The position numbers were made by a program, and so were the translations under genes. Under the pieces are notes generated by a model. The model saw nothing but the letters and a program-made list of their open reading frames with translations, ran no database searches and was not told the origin of the DNA. Positions 47,865-55,920 of a stretch of 57,569 nucleotides of DNA are shown here, one piece after another; positions within the stretch are counted from its first letter, which is position 1; each line of letters opens with the position of its first letter. This stretch comes from a virus (lineage: Duplodnaviria > Caudoviricetes): positions 1-57,569 of IMG/VR virus record IMGVR_UViG_3300029787_000051; one strand, given 5' to 3'.

Positions 47865-48345
47865 GCCACTCCCCTGTCTTCATAGTATGTGATAATCTAT
47901 TTGCTCTTCGCCCTACTTGATCAGCCCACCGACTATCCATCATTTCTTCGGAGGCCCATGTATAATCTTCCTGCTCAATTGCAGCCCACATATTTTTAAA
48001 TTTAGATAGTCTAGGGATTCCCATATTAAAGCCCATATCTACAACAACACGTTGTCGTGCAGCACTTAAATCTTCTACTACAGGAAAAGCATCAAGCAAC
48101 TCACACACAACAATGTTAATGTCGTTCTTACATAACATGTAGGCATCAGCTTCAGTAATACCATTCTCATAGACCATATCAATGTCCATTTCCATAATTT
48201 CAAGTTCTTCATCTGTAATACCACGATCTTCAAGATTTCTACCAATGCCTATAGTATCTATGCCTAAATGGTCTTGATAGACTTCTAAGCGTAGCCCTTC
48301 ATGCATAGCAATCTGTTTTACAAACTCTTGTTCATCATACTTCAT
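47857..48345 (-). CDS. Endolysin, T4-type lysozyme (GH24)
   Basis: HEGLRLEVYQD.LG..TIGIGRNL catalytic E/D/T; MGFNMG; DSRWA.QV..RA. Confidence 0.92.
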   Translation of the reverse strand: MKYDEQEFVKQIAMHEGLRLEVYQDHLGIDTIGIGRNLEDRGITDEELEIMEMDIDMVYENGITEADAYMLCKNDINIVVCELLDAFPVVEDLSAARQRVVVDMGFNMGIPRLSKFKNMWAAIEQEDYTWASEEMMDSRWADQVGRRANRLSHTMKTGEWHV

Positions 48346-48542
48346 ATTTCTGGTGTATTCGATTTCTTGAACACCTTCTTATTATGAACAACATTGGGGA
48401 ATAGAAACGGTACAAATCCATGTATAACTATCTTAAAAAAGTATAGTACTGTCCAACCAGCTTCTTTCATAGACTGTATAAGATGCCCAACATAACCTAC
48501 ATTATGCTTAGACATATGTTCCATATCAAACCATTCTTTCAT
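48342..48542 (-). CDS. Small protein (DUF6356-like)
   Basis: H.....GY..H.....IHG.VPFLF. Confidence 0.6.
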   Translation of the reverse strand: MKEWFDMEHMSKHNVGYVGHLIQSMKEAGWTVLYFFKIVIHGFVPFLFPNVVHNKKVFKKSNTPEI

Positions 48543-48952
48543 TACTTACTCCTCTTCATATTTTCTCTGGATACGCCCTTCCATTTTTCCGCTGACCGCA
48601 TCCCACCTAATCCCAATAGGCTTAGAGTTAATGTCATTAATCCTTCTGTTGGAATTATTGGAATTGCTATGTCTGCACCAGAAACGGCTATAACCCATAC
48701 AAATACGGGTTGAAATACGTACTGCCAGCCAAGACCAAAAGCGCATATCCACATGATAGCTGGCCTCGACCCACTTACAAATAGTGAAGGGTGCTTGGCC
48801 TGTTCAATGTTTGCTTGAGCTTGCGCTAGGTCTAGACTGACAACCTGTTGTTTAAGTTCAGCCTCTAGTTTAGTCTTGAGGTCTTTGTCCTCTACAAATT
48901 TATCAAGGACTTTACCTGCAACTCCTACGATGCTATCTGCTAATCCTAACAT
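48542..48952 (-). CDS. Holin, GTA 3TM family
   Basis: LDKFVEDKD, SLFVSGSRPAI.W, LLGLGGMRS.EK.KGV. Confidence 0.88.
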   Translation of the reverse strand: MLGLADSIVGVAGKVLDKFVEDKDLKTKLEAELKQQVVSLDLAQAQANIEQAKHPSLFVSGSRPAIMWICAFGLGWQYVFQPVFVWVIAVSGADIAIPIIPTEGLMTLTLSLLGLGGMRSAEKWKGVSRENMKRSK

Positions 48953-48959
48953 ACTTTTC

Positions 48960-49247
48960 CTAACACTTCCATCTTTTTCTTGCCTGTCGTAAACGGCTAT
49001 TGGGATTTTTCGCTGCTTTTGGAAACTTCTTCATTTGCCCTGCGCTTCTCGCACAATAGCTTTTGCGTCTAGCTGCGCGTTTTCCTGTTGGCTTACTCTC
49101 TGTAACAGCGGTTCTTAATTTACTACCCGGATTATCTCTACGATACTTAGCCACACCTTTTGGTGTCATCCCCGCCCCTTTTTTAGTAGGACGTTTATGA
49201 CCACCTTTAATAGTATGGCCCTTCATTGTACCTTTACGTTTAGCCAT
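48960..49247 (-). CDS. Small basic protein (DUF6321-like)
   Basis: GMTPKGVAKYRRDNPGSKL...RRKSYCARS...WKC. Confidence 0.8.
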   Translation of the reverse strand: MAKRKGTMKGHTIKGGHKRPTKKGAGMTPKGVAKYRRDNPGSKLRTAVTESKPTGKRAARRKSYCARSAGQMKKFPKAAKNPNSRLRQARKRWKC

Positions 49248-49471
49248 TATTTCTTCCTTGATTTCTTCCAGCTAATCCTTGCTGGCCCTTTCTTCTTTTT
49301 AGAAGCAGAGGTACATTGCGCCTTTGTCGGTCTACATGCAGGATAGGGACGCTTTGACTTTGTGGCAGACTTCCTTCCGCAAGGTTTGCCTGTCTTGCAA
49401 TCTACCCACCCTTTTCCTTTATTTCGCCCAAACCATTTCTTTAGGCTATCACTTTTTCTTTTTGCTGCCAC
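49247..49471 (-). CDS. Small basic Cys-containing protein
   Basis: LKKWF...WVD...KPCGR...YPACRP. Confidence 0.75.
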   Translation of the reverse strand: MAAKRKSDSLKKWFGRNKGKGWVDCKTGKPCGRKSATKSKRPYPACRPTKAQCTSASKKKKGPARISWKKSRKK

Positions 49472-49613
49472 TTTTATTCCCCCAGTTTTTTGCGCCTACT
49501 TTGCGGCAGCGAACTAGCGCACCAGACGCATAAGCAGAAGGCCACTTTTTATACCGTGACTTTACCTTAGAGTAACATGCATCTTTTTTACCAGACTTCT
49601 TTTTTGCAGCCAT
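49449..49613 (-). CDS. Small basic protein, 54 aa, not in ORF track
   Basis: MAAKKKSGKKDACYSKVKSRYKKWPSAYASGALVRCRKVGAKNWG...; GAGG SD. Confidence 0.8.
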   Translation of the reverse strand: MAAKKKSGKKDACYSKVKSRYKKWPSAYASGALVRCRKVGAKNWGNKSGSKKKK

Positions 49614-49615
49614 TG

Positions 49616-49840
49616 TTAATCCTCTAATACTTCTACTGGATATCGTTTACCATCAATAACTTTAAGACGTAGCTTACCATGTTTACATGCCCATCTTTCT
49701 ACTCCACGTTTTGGAGGATCAGTTCGCTCTATCTTTCTCTTTATCTTTAGGCAATCAGATAAGCTATCTCTAGGCGTGAACTCTAGAAGCTGTCCCGCCG
49801 TTGTATAGAGATATAAAACAAATCCAACAAAGGTTTCCAT
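49616..49840 (-). CDS. Hypothetical protein
   Basis: TAATG coupling; SLSDCLKIKR..ER...C. Confidence 0.7.
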   Translation of the reverse strand: METFVGFVLYLYTTAGQLLEFTPRDSLSDCLKIKRKIERTDPPKRGVERWACKHGKLRLKVIDGKRYPVEVLED

Positions 49841-50229
49841 TACTTTCCATTATGTGCTTCAAGGCTTCTGGCCTGATCTTTAAGTTCATCAATATTGCTT
49901 TGAGCTTTTTCCATATCTTTTTGTAGTCTGTTGATATTGACTTTATTATGTAACATATCATTTACTTTTGCAGTAAGAGCCTCTAGTTGTCCACTCATAT
50001 GTTCTATCAACATAAAGGCTTCTTTTTCTGTAGAGGATTGTGGTGTGTTAATTCTAAATTCATTGTTCTTTTCTAAATCGGCAGACATAAGCTGTGCCTT
50101 AGTTTCTAGTTTATTTAATCTCTCTACTACACCAAAGTACGCCCACGTTCCTAAAGCTACGGCAGCAACTATAGATATAAGATTTCTTATGGGCATAGCC
50201 ACAGAGGTTTCAGAGGATACTTCAGCCAT
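49840..50229 (-). CDS. Membrane-anchored coiled-coil protein (possible spanin-like)
   Basis: N-terminal TM segment plus coiled coil, near lysis genes. Confidence 0.6.
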   Translation of the reverse strand: MAEVSSETSVAMPIRNLISIVAAVALGTWAYFGVVERLNKLETKAQLMSADLEKNNEFRINTPQSSTEKEAFMLIEHMSGQLEALTAKVNDMLHNKVNINRLQKDMEKAQSNIDELKDQARSLEAHNGK

Positions 50230-50778
50230 TTAGCAATATGGTCCTGTACACCGATTCTCGTATATCCACCATGCTATGCCTATAAATATCACAACTACGA
50301 CTATCAATTTTCCTGACTCCATCAGCCAGTAGTATACACGCTCCCATAGTGCATCGTCTTTTTCTTTTTTCTTTTTAGCTACTTCTTTATTTTTCTTTTG
50401 CCGTTCTTCTCGCTGCTTTAATCTTTTGTCTCGTTCATCAAGAATTGTGTCCCATGTACCCAATCCCCACTTCCTATCAATTTCTCTTTCTAGATTTCTA
50501 AGGGCAATATCATTTTGCTTCTGCGTAAGTACGTCATTTGCTACTGCGCTTATAGCAGTATCGTCATCATACCCCTCATCTCCAGCACGTATCTTAAGTA
50601 TCTGCTGCATTCGGGTAGATGGTTTATTAGGCTTCTTTCCTGTCTTTTTATTCTCCTCATGCGCCTCTTGATGCCCAAACAGATTATCTAGTGAGTGTGT
50701 TAGGTCTTTCACATCTACACATGTCTCTGCAATTTTTTTACAAGCTGCGATAGAGAGGGCGATTGTTGCGGGGTCCAA
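50230..50778 (-). CDS. Hypothetical membrane protein
   Basis: GGAGG SD before TTG; MDP start; C-terminal TM segment. Confidence 0.75.
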   Translation of the reverse strand: MDPATIALSIAACKKIAETCVDVKDLTHSLDNLFGHQEAHEENKKTGKKPNKPSTRMQQILKIRAGDEGYDDDTAISAVANDVLTQKQNDIALRNLEREIDRKWGLGTWDTILDERDKRLKQREERQKKNKEVAKKKKEKDDALWERVYYWLMESGKLIVVVVIFIGIAWWIYENRCTGPYC

Positions 50779-50911
50779 ACTTTCCTCCCTTTCTCATTTC
50801 AGTAATTAGAGCCGTATGTCTAGCTCTCCTCATCCATGCTGCTAGTCTTCTACCTTTTTTTGTATTCGGATAGTAGATAGAGCCAACTCTTATATATTTA
50901 CGTTTCTCCAC
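50738..50911 (-). CDS. Possible small basic protein, 57 aa, GTG start, not in ORF track
   Basis: Fills a gap; R/K-rich; contains MRKGG. Confidence 0.4.
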   Translation of the reverse strand: MEKRKYIRVGSIYYPNTKKGRRLAAWMRRARHTALITEMRKGGKFGPRNNRPLYRSL

Positions 50912-51022
50912 ATTTACATGCAGAGATCATCATAGTGTGAATTACATGCCCTACGATAATTGTTATCATACAATGTTTCTCTATTAAAAAATATTAAATT
51001 GAATATATATTTAAACATGTTT

Positions 51023-51391
51023 CTAGCCGCCTGTTGGATTATAATATTCAGTAGCAGATATTGTAATATCAAATGTTGAACCTGCCTCTTTGTATGCACA
51101 AATCTTATCACCTGATTGAAGAGATAAAGTACTTCCATCAACAACAGAAGCTACGTTATATTGAAGGATATCCATGCCATTTATAATGTAAGCGTAGCTT
51201 GTACTTGTAGCGATATACCTTTGAACATATACCTTCTTAGTAGCTGACCCGCCATTACCTAGTAAAAGGAATGTTACTTGGGAGATATACTTTGATGGTA
51301 CAGTATACACTACATCAGCACTCGCACCAGCACTTGTTGATGTAATTGATTTATGCTGTGTGGTGTTACGACCGAACGTGAAATCTACCAT
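51023..51391 (-). CDS. Hypothetical beta-rich virion-type protein
   Basis: VYTVP...L.LQSGDKI...S..EY pattern. Confidence 0.7.
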   Translation of the reverse strand: MVDFTFGRNTTQHKSITSTSAGASADVVYTVPSKYISQVTFLLLGNGGSATKKVYVQRYIATSTSYAYIINGMDILQYNVASVVDGSTLSLQSGDKICAYKEAGSTFDITISATEYYNPTGG

Positions 51392-51772
51392 TTACTTACT
51401 TCTTTTTCTACGTATAGTTTCGATCTGTCCAGATTCGCGCTTACGCTTTTCATCTTCTAAAGCCCTGTCTCTTATATCTCGCCTATCTGATTCGGGCAAA
51501 GAATTATATAATTGCTTATCCATATTTGTTAATATTCTTTGCATAGGGGTCATGTCTCCCCACTTTAAGCCAGTAGCTACCCCGCCTTTGTTAAATCCTT
51601 TTTTCTTTTTCATCTTATCCATAACAGCACCACCTGCTGCATAGGAGTGCATCTTACTATTAGCCATACCTCCATGCATCATCTTTGTTTTCTTTTTCTT
51701 AGAGACAGGTATCATATGGATATCAATAACTAAAGCCATGTCTTCTTTTTTCTTTTTCCGCTTACTTGCCAT
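51392..51772 (-). CDS. Basic protein with three [FYM]xxGG motifs
   Basis: MMHGGMA, YAAGGAV, FNKGGVA. Confidence 0.75.
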   Translation of the reverse strand: MASKRKKKKEDMALVIDIHMIPVSKKKKTKMMHGGMANSKMHSYAAGGAVMDKMKKKKGFNKGGVATGLKWGDMTPMQRILTNMDKQLYNSLPESDRRDIRDRALEDEKRKRESGQIETIRRKRSK

Positions 51773-52208
51773 TTTTTAGTTCCTCTATTTCTATAGCATT
51801 TTTTGAAATATGATGGCTCTGTTCCCTATCAATTTTATCTTGACGATCTTGTATTAAATCTATAACAGCTTGCGCCTTTTCGTCTACAGAGTCCATATGG
51901 ATATCTTCACTTACTACCTTCTCTAACTTAAGCCCCTCTATCTTTGTATTTGGTACATGCCTGAGAACTAAGCCACGGCAATCTACTATAGCGAAAACAG
52001 TTTTGCCAATACCAATTGACATGATTGTTGCTTTTGCACCATCTATGAATACGACATCTCCTTGATTAAAAGACTTATCAGCTTTGAACTTTAAACCTTT
52101 AACAATAGACTCTGCATATTCTTTTACTGTTAATGCGGCAATCACACTAACAGCAAACCCTGCCCAAAGAAGTAGGGTATCATTAAACTCAATCGGTGGC
52201 GGGGTCAT
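51762..52208 (-). CDS. Truncated MscS-like membrane protein
   Basis: TM segment plus F..GDVVFIDG..ATI.SIG...T.......VPN. Confidence 0.6.
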   Translation of the reverse strand: MTPPPIEFNDTLLLWAGFAVSVIAALTVKEYAESIVKGLKFKADKSFNQGDVVFIDGAKATIMSIGIGKTVFAIVDCRGLVLRHVPNTKIEGLKLEKVVSEDIHMDSVDEKAQAVIDLIQDRQDKIDREQSHHISKNAIEIEELKNGK

Positions 52209-52756
52209 TTTTTCTTTTTAGCCATACCACCATAGAACATGCCTACTTTACGCATGTCATTGTGGCCCATTCGCATACCTTGTGCCATACCCCCATGACC
52301 AAACCCGTGCTTCTTCTTCATCGACTTTTTTAAATTGCCAAGCCGTTTAAGCTCAAATTTTTCAACATCAAGTTTTTCTTTTAATTTTTTAACTTGCGCT
52401 TTGCCATAAGCAGTATCTGAAACGCCAGAGTACTTTGAAATCTGTTCTTCTATCTTATCTATCTTTTTCTGCTGCTTCTCTTGCATCTTAGGTATCTTGT
52501 CATAATGTTCTTTACGCCCCGCCTGTGTCTTAGCAACAGCCGAAATTTCAATTTTATCAGCCCCTCTATCCAGAGACTTTGAGGCATCAGCACTTTTTAA
52601 CTGCTTCATCTCTCCTTCGCCAGCAGGTTGAAGAAGGTTAGCATCTCCTTTACCTTGAGTTTTTCGTAGCTTGCGCATAGCCTCTTGCCGACTAGCACTT
52701 CTAGCAGCCTTACTGCCTCTTGCAGCTTTGGATAATGCTTTGCCCATAACGCCCAT
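52205..52756 (-). CDS. Basic protein with [FYM]xxGG motifs
   Basis: FGHGGMA, MFYGGMAKKKK. Confidence 0.75.
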   Translation of the reverse strand: MGVMGKALSKAARGSKAARSASRQEAMRKLRKTQGKGDANLLQPAGEGEMKQLKSADASKSLDRGADKIEISAVAKTQAGRKEHYDKIPKMQEKQQKKIDKIEEQISKYSGVSDTAYGKAQVKKLKEKLDVEKFELKRLGNLKKSMKKKHGFGHGGMAQGMRMGHNDMRKVGMFYGGMAKKKK

Positions 52757-52767
52757 GTTACTTTTCC

Positions 52768-52950
52768 TTATTCAAAATCTTGAACTAACTCTGATTGATT
52801 AGGTGTGGTATTTTTGCCACACTCACATTCTGGCCCACAAGTGCAGCCTTCTTTCCCACACTTAGGACAGATATCTTTTGGCTCATCGTCATAGAATCCA
52901 AATCTACTCATTTCCATTGCCCTCACAAATAACATTCCAATCATCCACAC
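52768..52950 (-). CDS. Small Cys-rich metallothionein-like protein (start uncertain)
   Basis: CPKCGKEGCTCGPECECG. Confidence 0.6.
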   Translation of the reverse strand: MWMIGMLFVRAMEMSRFGFYDDEPKDICPKCGKEGCTCGPECECGKNTTPNQSELVQDFE

Positions 52951-53011
52951 ACTCCTACAAATGTCACGGCATCAATATAGCGTATCAGGTATACGCCTAT
53001 GATATAGTCAA

Positions 53012-53143
53012 TCATGCCCTGCCATTCTTTATAGACCTAGACTGTGAGGGTGTATACTTTTTTCTATGATTCAGCGGCGGCTTACGATTGCGCCGTTTGA
53101 TAACCCGTTTCCATAAGTTCTTTTCTGGTGCCGTCTTAGCCAT
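53012..53143 (-). CDS. Small basic protein, 43 aa, not in ORF track
   Basis: TAATG coupling; MAKTAPEKNLWKRVIKRRNRKPP... Confidence 0.65.
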   Translation of the reverse strand: MAKTAPEKNLWKRVIKRRNRKPPLNHRKKYTPSQSRSIKNGRA

Positions 53144-53544
53144 TATGCCTTTACTTCTTTTATGATTCTTCCCGAATCATCTAGTTCTTTAACTAGCTCG
53201 ACTCGCATTATGGCATAGAGGTCGTTAGCATATATCTTCCATACCTCTACCTCTAGACCTGCGTAGTCTACGTAAGATAGCATTTTCTTTTCTAGTCGGA
53301 CCCACCTAGCAGGAATATGCCTACCACACTGTTCAAACATATACTTGTTAAATACAGCATTCGCTGCCTCAAAGGATTCAGTATCTGCGGCAGCTAGTTC
53401 TTTGATGGCTTCCATGTTATTGCATGAAGAGTTTATGTACCCAACGTATCGCTTCTCCGATGCTTCTGCATCCTGTACTGTAGCACAATTACTGATAGGC
53501 ATACTAAAGAGAGTAACCACTAAGATTATAAGAAGACGTTTCAT
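53143..53544 (-). CDS. Secreted/periplasmic hypothetical protein
   Basis: N-terminal signal peptide MKRLLIILVVTLF. Confidence 0.7.
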   Translation of the reverse strand: MKRLLIILVVTLFSMPISNCATVQDAEASEKRYVGYINSSCNNMEAIKELAAADTESFEAANAVFNKYMFEQCGRHIPARWVRLEKKMLSYVDYAGLEVEVWKIYANDLYAIMRVELVKELDDSGRIIKEVKA

Positions 53545-53548
53545 AGCA

Positions 53549-53689
53549 TTACTTTTTCTTCTTAGCTACTTTTTTCTTAGCCATTCCACCATACATGTAG
53601 CCACTCTTGCCCTTCATCTTCTTTGCTTTAGCGGCATCAGCCATACCCTTCTTAGTGTACGGGAAACTCTTACCTCCTACTTTTGGCAT
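53549..53689 (-). CDS. Small Lys-rich protein, 46 aa, not in ORF track
   Basis: AAGGAG SD; MPKVGGKSFPYTKKGMADAAKAKKMKGKSGYMYGGMAKKKVAKKKK. Confidence 0.8.
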   Translation of the reverse strand: MPKVGGKSFPYTKKGMADAAKAKKMKGKSGYMYGGMAKKKVAKKKK

Positions 53690-53909
53690 TCTTAACTCCT
53701 TTGCGTTTGTAAGTATTAATTCCTTCAAGCTCCATTGCCTTCTCTATATGAGAAAGAGAATAGCGCACACCCGTATCTGCCTCAATCGCAGCACGGATAT
53801 ACATTACGGAACTATGGGGGATATGTACGGAACCTAATCTATCATTTACGATAGCAGAATAGAATTGTTCTAATAGATTGTCAGACTCCAGTTGTACTGA
53901 TTTTTTCAT
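53670..53909 (-). CDS. Hypothetical protein, first gene of the late arm
   Basis: Downstream of the tandem promoters; HIPHS..Y.RAAIEA..G. Confidence 0.7.
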   Translation of the reverse strand: MKKSVQLESDNLLEQFYSAIVNDRLGSVHIPHSSVMYIRAAIEADTGVRYSLSHIEKAMELEGINTYKRKGVKNAKSRR

Positions 53910-54001
53910 TATTGTCAACTTTTTCTACATATAAGTGACCATGTAAGTGTTTTTTAAAAAGGGTAAGTGATCACTTTAAGTGTAAGCATTAAGTCTTCTT
54001 A

Positions 54002-54044
54002 ATTATACGTATCTAATTATACGTGTCAATAGGTAAAGTGTCAA
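54002..54044 (-). promoter_or_regulatory. Two interleaved consensus sigma70 promoters for the structural arm
   Basis: TTGACA(54044-54039)-N17-TATAAT(54021-54016) and TTGACA(54029-54024)-N16-TATAAT(54007-54002). Confidence 0.85.
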
Positions 54045-54302
54045 ACCCTTTATTTTATATCCGCACTGTTGTATATATATCACAGATATGTGTGTGGTGT
54101 GACATACTTGCAACAGTAGTTATGTACGTTGTCTATGTAGTTAACACTTGATTTTACTGATCTGTGTATTTCTACATATATACGTACGTACTACGGGGGT
54201 GTGGCCCCTGCCTGCCCATGCCATGCGCTAGGCATAATGCGCCCGGATAGCGAGGCAAGCCGTTGTTCCAGCAGAATAAATCTTCGATTTAACAATGGCT
54301 TA

Positions 54303-54316
54303 GTCCAATGTTGGAC
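54303..54316. promoter_or_regulatory. Palindrome variant GTCCAATGTTGGAC
   Basis: 1 mismatch to consensus; flanked by two C-GAA-G mini-hairpins in opposite orientation. Confidence 0.7.
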
Positions 54317-54460
54317 CTGATGCATCGAAGATGCAAAGGATATGCTATCAGTTGTTCTCTGAACAAAGATTATGGATCACGATTTCTACAAAGTAGAGCA
54401 AATGCAAACGTTAGTGCATATCCTTTCATGTTCCATGAACCATACCCCACCCCTTAACAA

Positions 54461-54537
54461 TCATCATTCCTTTCTTTACGTAAGTTAATACCTGAGTTCT
54501 TACGAAGGTATATAACTTACTTGAAAGGAATAGATGA
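54461..54537 (+). promoter_or_regulatory. Long bulged hairpin with GAGTTCTTACGA cap; outer stem covers the SD of the next gene
   Basis: gtaagtta-atacct / aggtat-A-taacttac; attcctttc / gaaaggaat. Confidence 0.75.
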
Positions 54538-54538
54538 A

Positions 54539-54739
54539 ATGGCAACCTTTATCGTAACCAAATCCAATCTCACCGAAGGTGTATTCACCGACATCGAAGA
54601 TGTTGTAGACCACATTGGTTTACCAATAGATCGTGGCGAGTTCACCGCCTTTGGCGATCTTGAGTTCGGCAACGGTTACACCGTTACTGGTCCTACGAAC
54701 CTTCTTTTGGGTTCGGCAATGCGAGTCGATTATTCCTAA
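54539..54739 (+). CDS. Small hypothetical early protein
   Basis: AAGGA SD; ATG 54539. Confidence 0.7.
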   Translation: MATFIVTKSNLTEGVFTDIEDVVDHIGLPIDRGEFTAFGDLEFGNGYTVTGPTNLLLGSAMRVDYS

Positions 54740-54741
54740 CA

Positions 54742-54821
54742 TGGTTGTGAGTAACACCTTGAGTTCTTACGAAAGGTGTTCCTCACTAACCAACACCATT
54801 CAAACTGGTCCAACATTGGAC
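54742..54821 (+). promoter_or_regulatory. Long bulged hairpin with GAGTTCTTACGA cap plus palindrome variant GTCCAACATTGGAC (54808-54821)
   Basis: ggtt-gtgag-t-aacacctt / aaggtgtt-c-ctcac-T-aacc. Confidence 0.78.
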
Positions 54822-54845
54822 GTAACACAAATCGGAGATTTGAAA

Positions 54846-55511
54846 ATGGCTAAGACAACCAACGAACAGAACGAAGTTCTCAACACTCTTGAAGCACAAG
54901 GTGCCGAAATTGCAAAGCAATTCAAGAAAATGGATAGCAGAGATCGTCGTAACGTTACGAAGGATATGCCCCAATACTTGGAGCTTGGCAAACTGTTATC
55001 ACAGTTACGGGGCGAATCGGATGCTGGTCGGATAGCATCTAGCCGTCTGAAGGATTGTGGTATCCACAATATTGACAAGCGGCGTAGGAGCGAAGCTCTA
55101 TGGTTTGCTGATAATGAGAAGTCAGTTAATGACTTCAAGGATAAATCTCGTAAGGGATTCACCAGCATCACTGCTTTGCAGAAAGCATGGAAGGATGCCC
55201 AAGCTGCTGAGTCGGAGACTCAAGAGCCTGAGACTGAGGAAGTCACCGAAGGTGCTAACGAAGGTCTTGCTGAACCTACTGGTTCTGATGCAAACGCTAC
55301 ACCAGTACAGGTAGCGGAATCAGTTATTGCACTCTGCAATAAACATGGCATCGACCTCTCTGAAGTAACAGAGTTACTAATGGAACATGTCTCTGTCATC
55401 GAAGATGAATGCCCATTTGATCCACCATTCTCAATAGAGAATGTTGAGATCACTGGTCCGAAAGATGCGAAAGCATTCGCTAACATGTTCGCCAACAATG
55501 GTCCAATGTAA
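54846..55511 (+). CDS. Hypothetical early protein, 221 aa
   Basis: GGAG SD before ATG 54846; the upstream part of the track ORF overlaps regulatory hairpins. Confidence 0.85.
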   Translation: MAKTTNEQNEVLNTLEAQGAEIAKQFKKMDSRDRRNVTKDMPQYLELGKLLSQLRGESDAGRIASSRLKDCGIHNIDKRRRSEALWFADNEKSVNDFKDKSRKGFTSITALQKAWKDAQAAESETQEPETEEVTEGANEGLAEPTGSDANATPVQVAESVIALCNKHGIDLSEVTELLMEHVSVIEDECPFDPPFSIENVEITGPKDAKAFANMFANNGPM

Positions 55512-55513
55512 AG

Positions 55514-55636
55514 ATGTACATTGGTCGTAACTGGTCACAGCGCAAGGCATGGTTCATGCTTTGCGTTGTCGAACCCCTTGCATTTTCTAGCCTGATGGCT
55601 AGTATTGTTGTGTTCTTTTCTATAATCGGAGATTAA
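55514..55636 (+). CDS. Possible small membrane peptide, 40 aa
   Basis: Fills the gap; hydrophobic C-terminal half. Confidence 0.45.
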   Translation: MYIGRNWSQRKAWFMLCVVEPLAFSSLMASIVVFFSIIGD

Positions 55637-55638
55637 AA

Positions 55639-55863
55639 ATGACCTTGCTTGCTAGAGATATCCCTCGATCATTCACCTTGCGTGGCATAACAGGTCATGG
55701 CAAGAACCGCATAAGAGAACATGGTTCTGTATGGGTTGAGCAACCTTTAAGCATGTCATGGGACAATGGCATATTAGTTACAAGTGTAGAAACACTTGAT
55801 TCACGTTGGATCAAAGAGATAGACGATCCCAATTTCGAGATCGTTAGTGTAAGTGATAGCTGA
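55639..55863 (+). CDS. Hypothetical early protein
   Basis: GGAG SD; GKNRIREHG..W. Confidence 0.8.
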   Translation: MTLLARDIPRSFTLRGITGHGKNRIREHGSVWVEQPLSMSWDNGILVTSVETLDSRWIKEIDDPNFEIVSVSDS

Positions 55864-55911
55864 GTTCTTACGAAGCTATCACGTTACACGTAAACTGGTC
55901 CAACGTTGGAC
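55847..55911 (+). promoter_or_regulatory. Long bulged hairpin with GAGTTCTTACGA cap plus palindrome (55898-55911)
   Basis: gtgtaa-gtgatagct / agctatcac-G-ttacac, then gtaaactg and the palindrome. Confidence 0.8.
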
Positions 55912-55920
55912 TAACATTTT

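Noticed and set aside
16954-53837. Numerous + strand and alternate-frame ORFs inside structural genes (for example 19227-19781, 32316-32906)
   Set aside because: Antisense shadows of long genes with biased codons; no SD or recognisable motifs.
54633-54845. N-terminal extension of the 292-aa track ORF
   Set aside because: It overlaps another gene and the hairpin-palindrome module; a good SD precedes ATG 54846.
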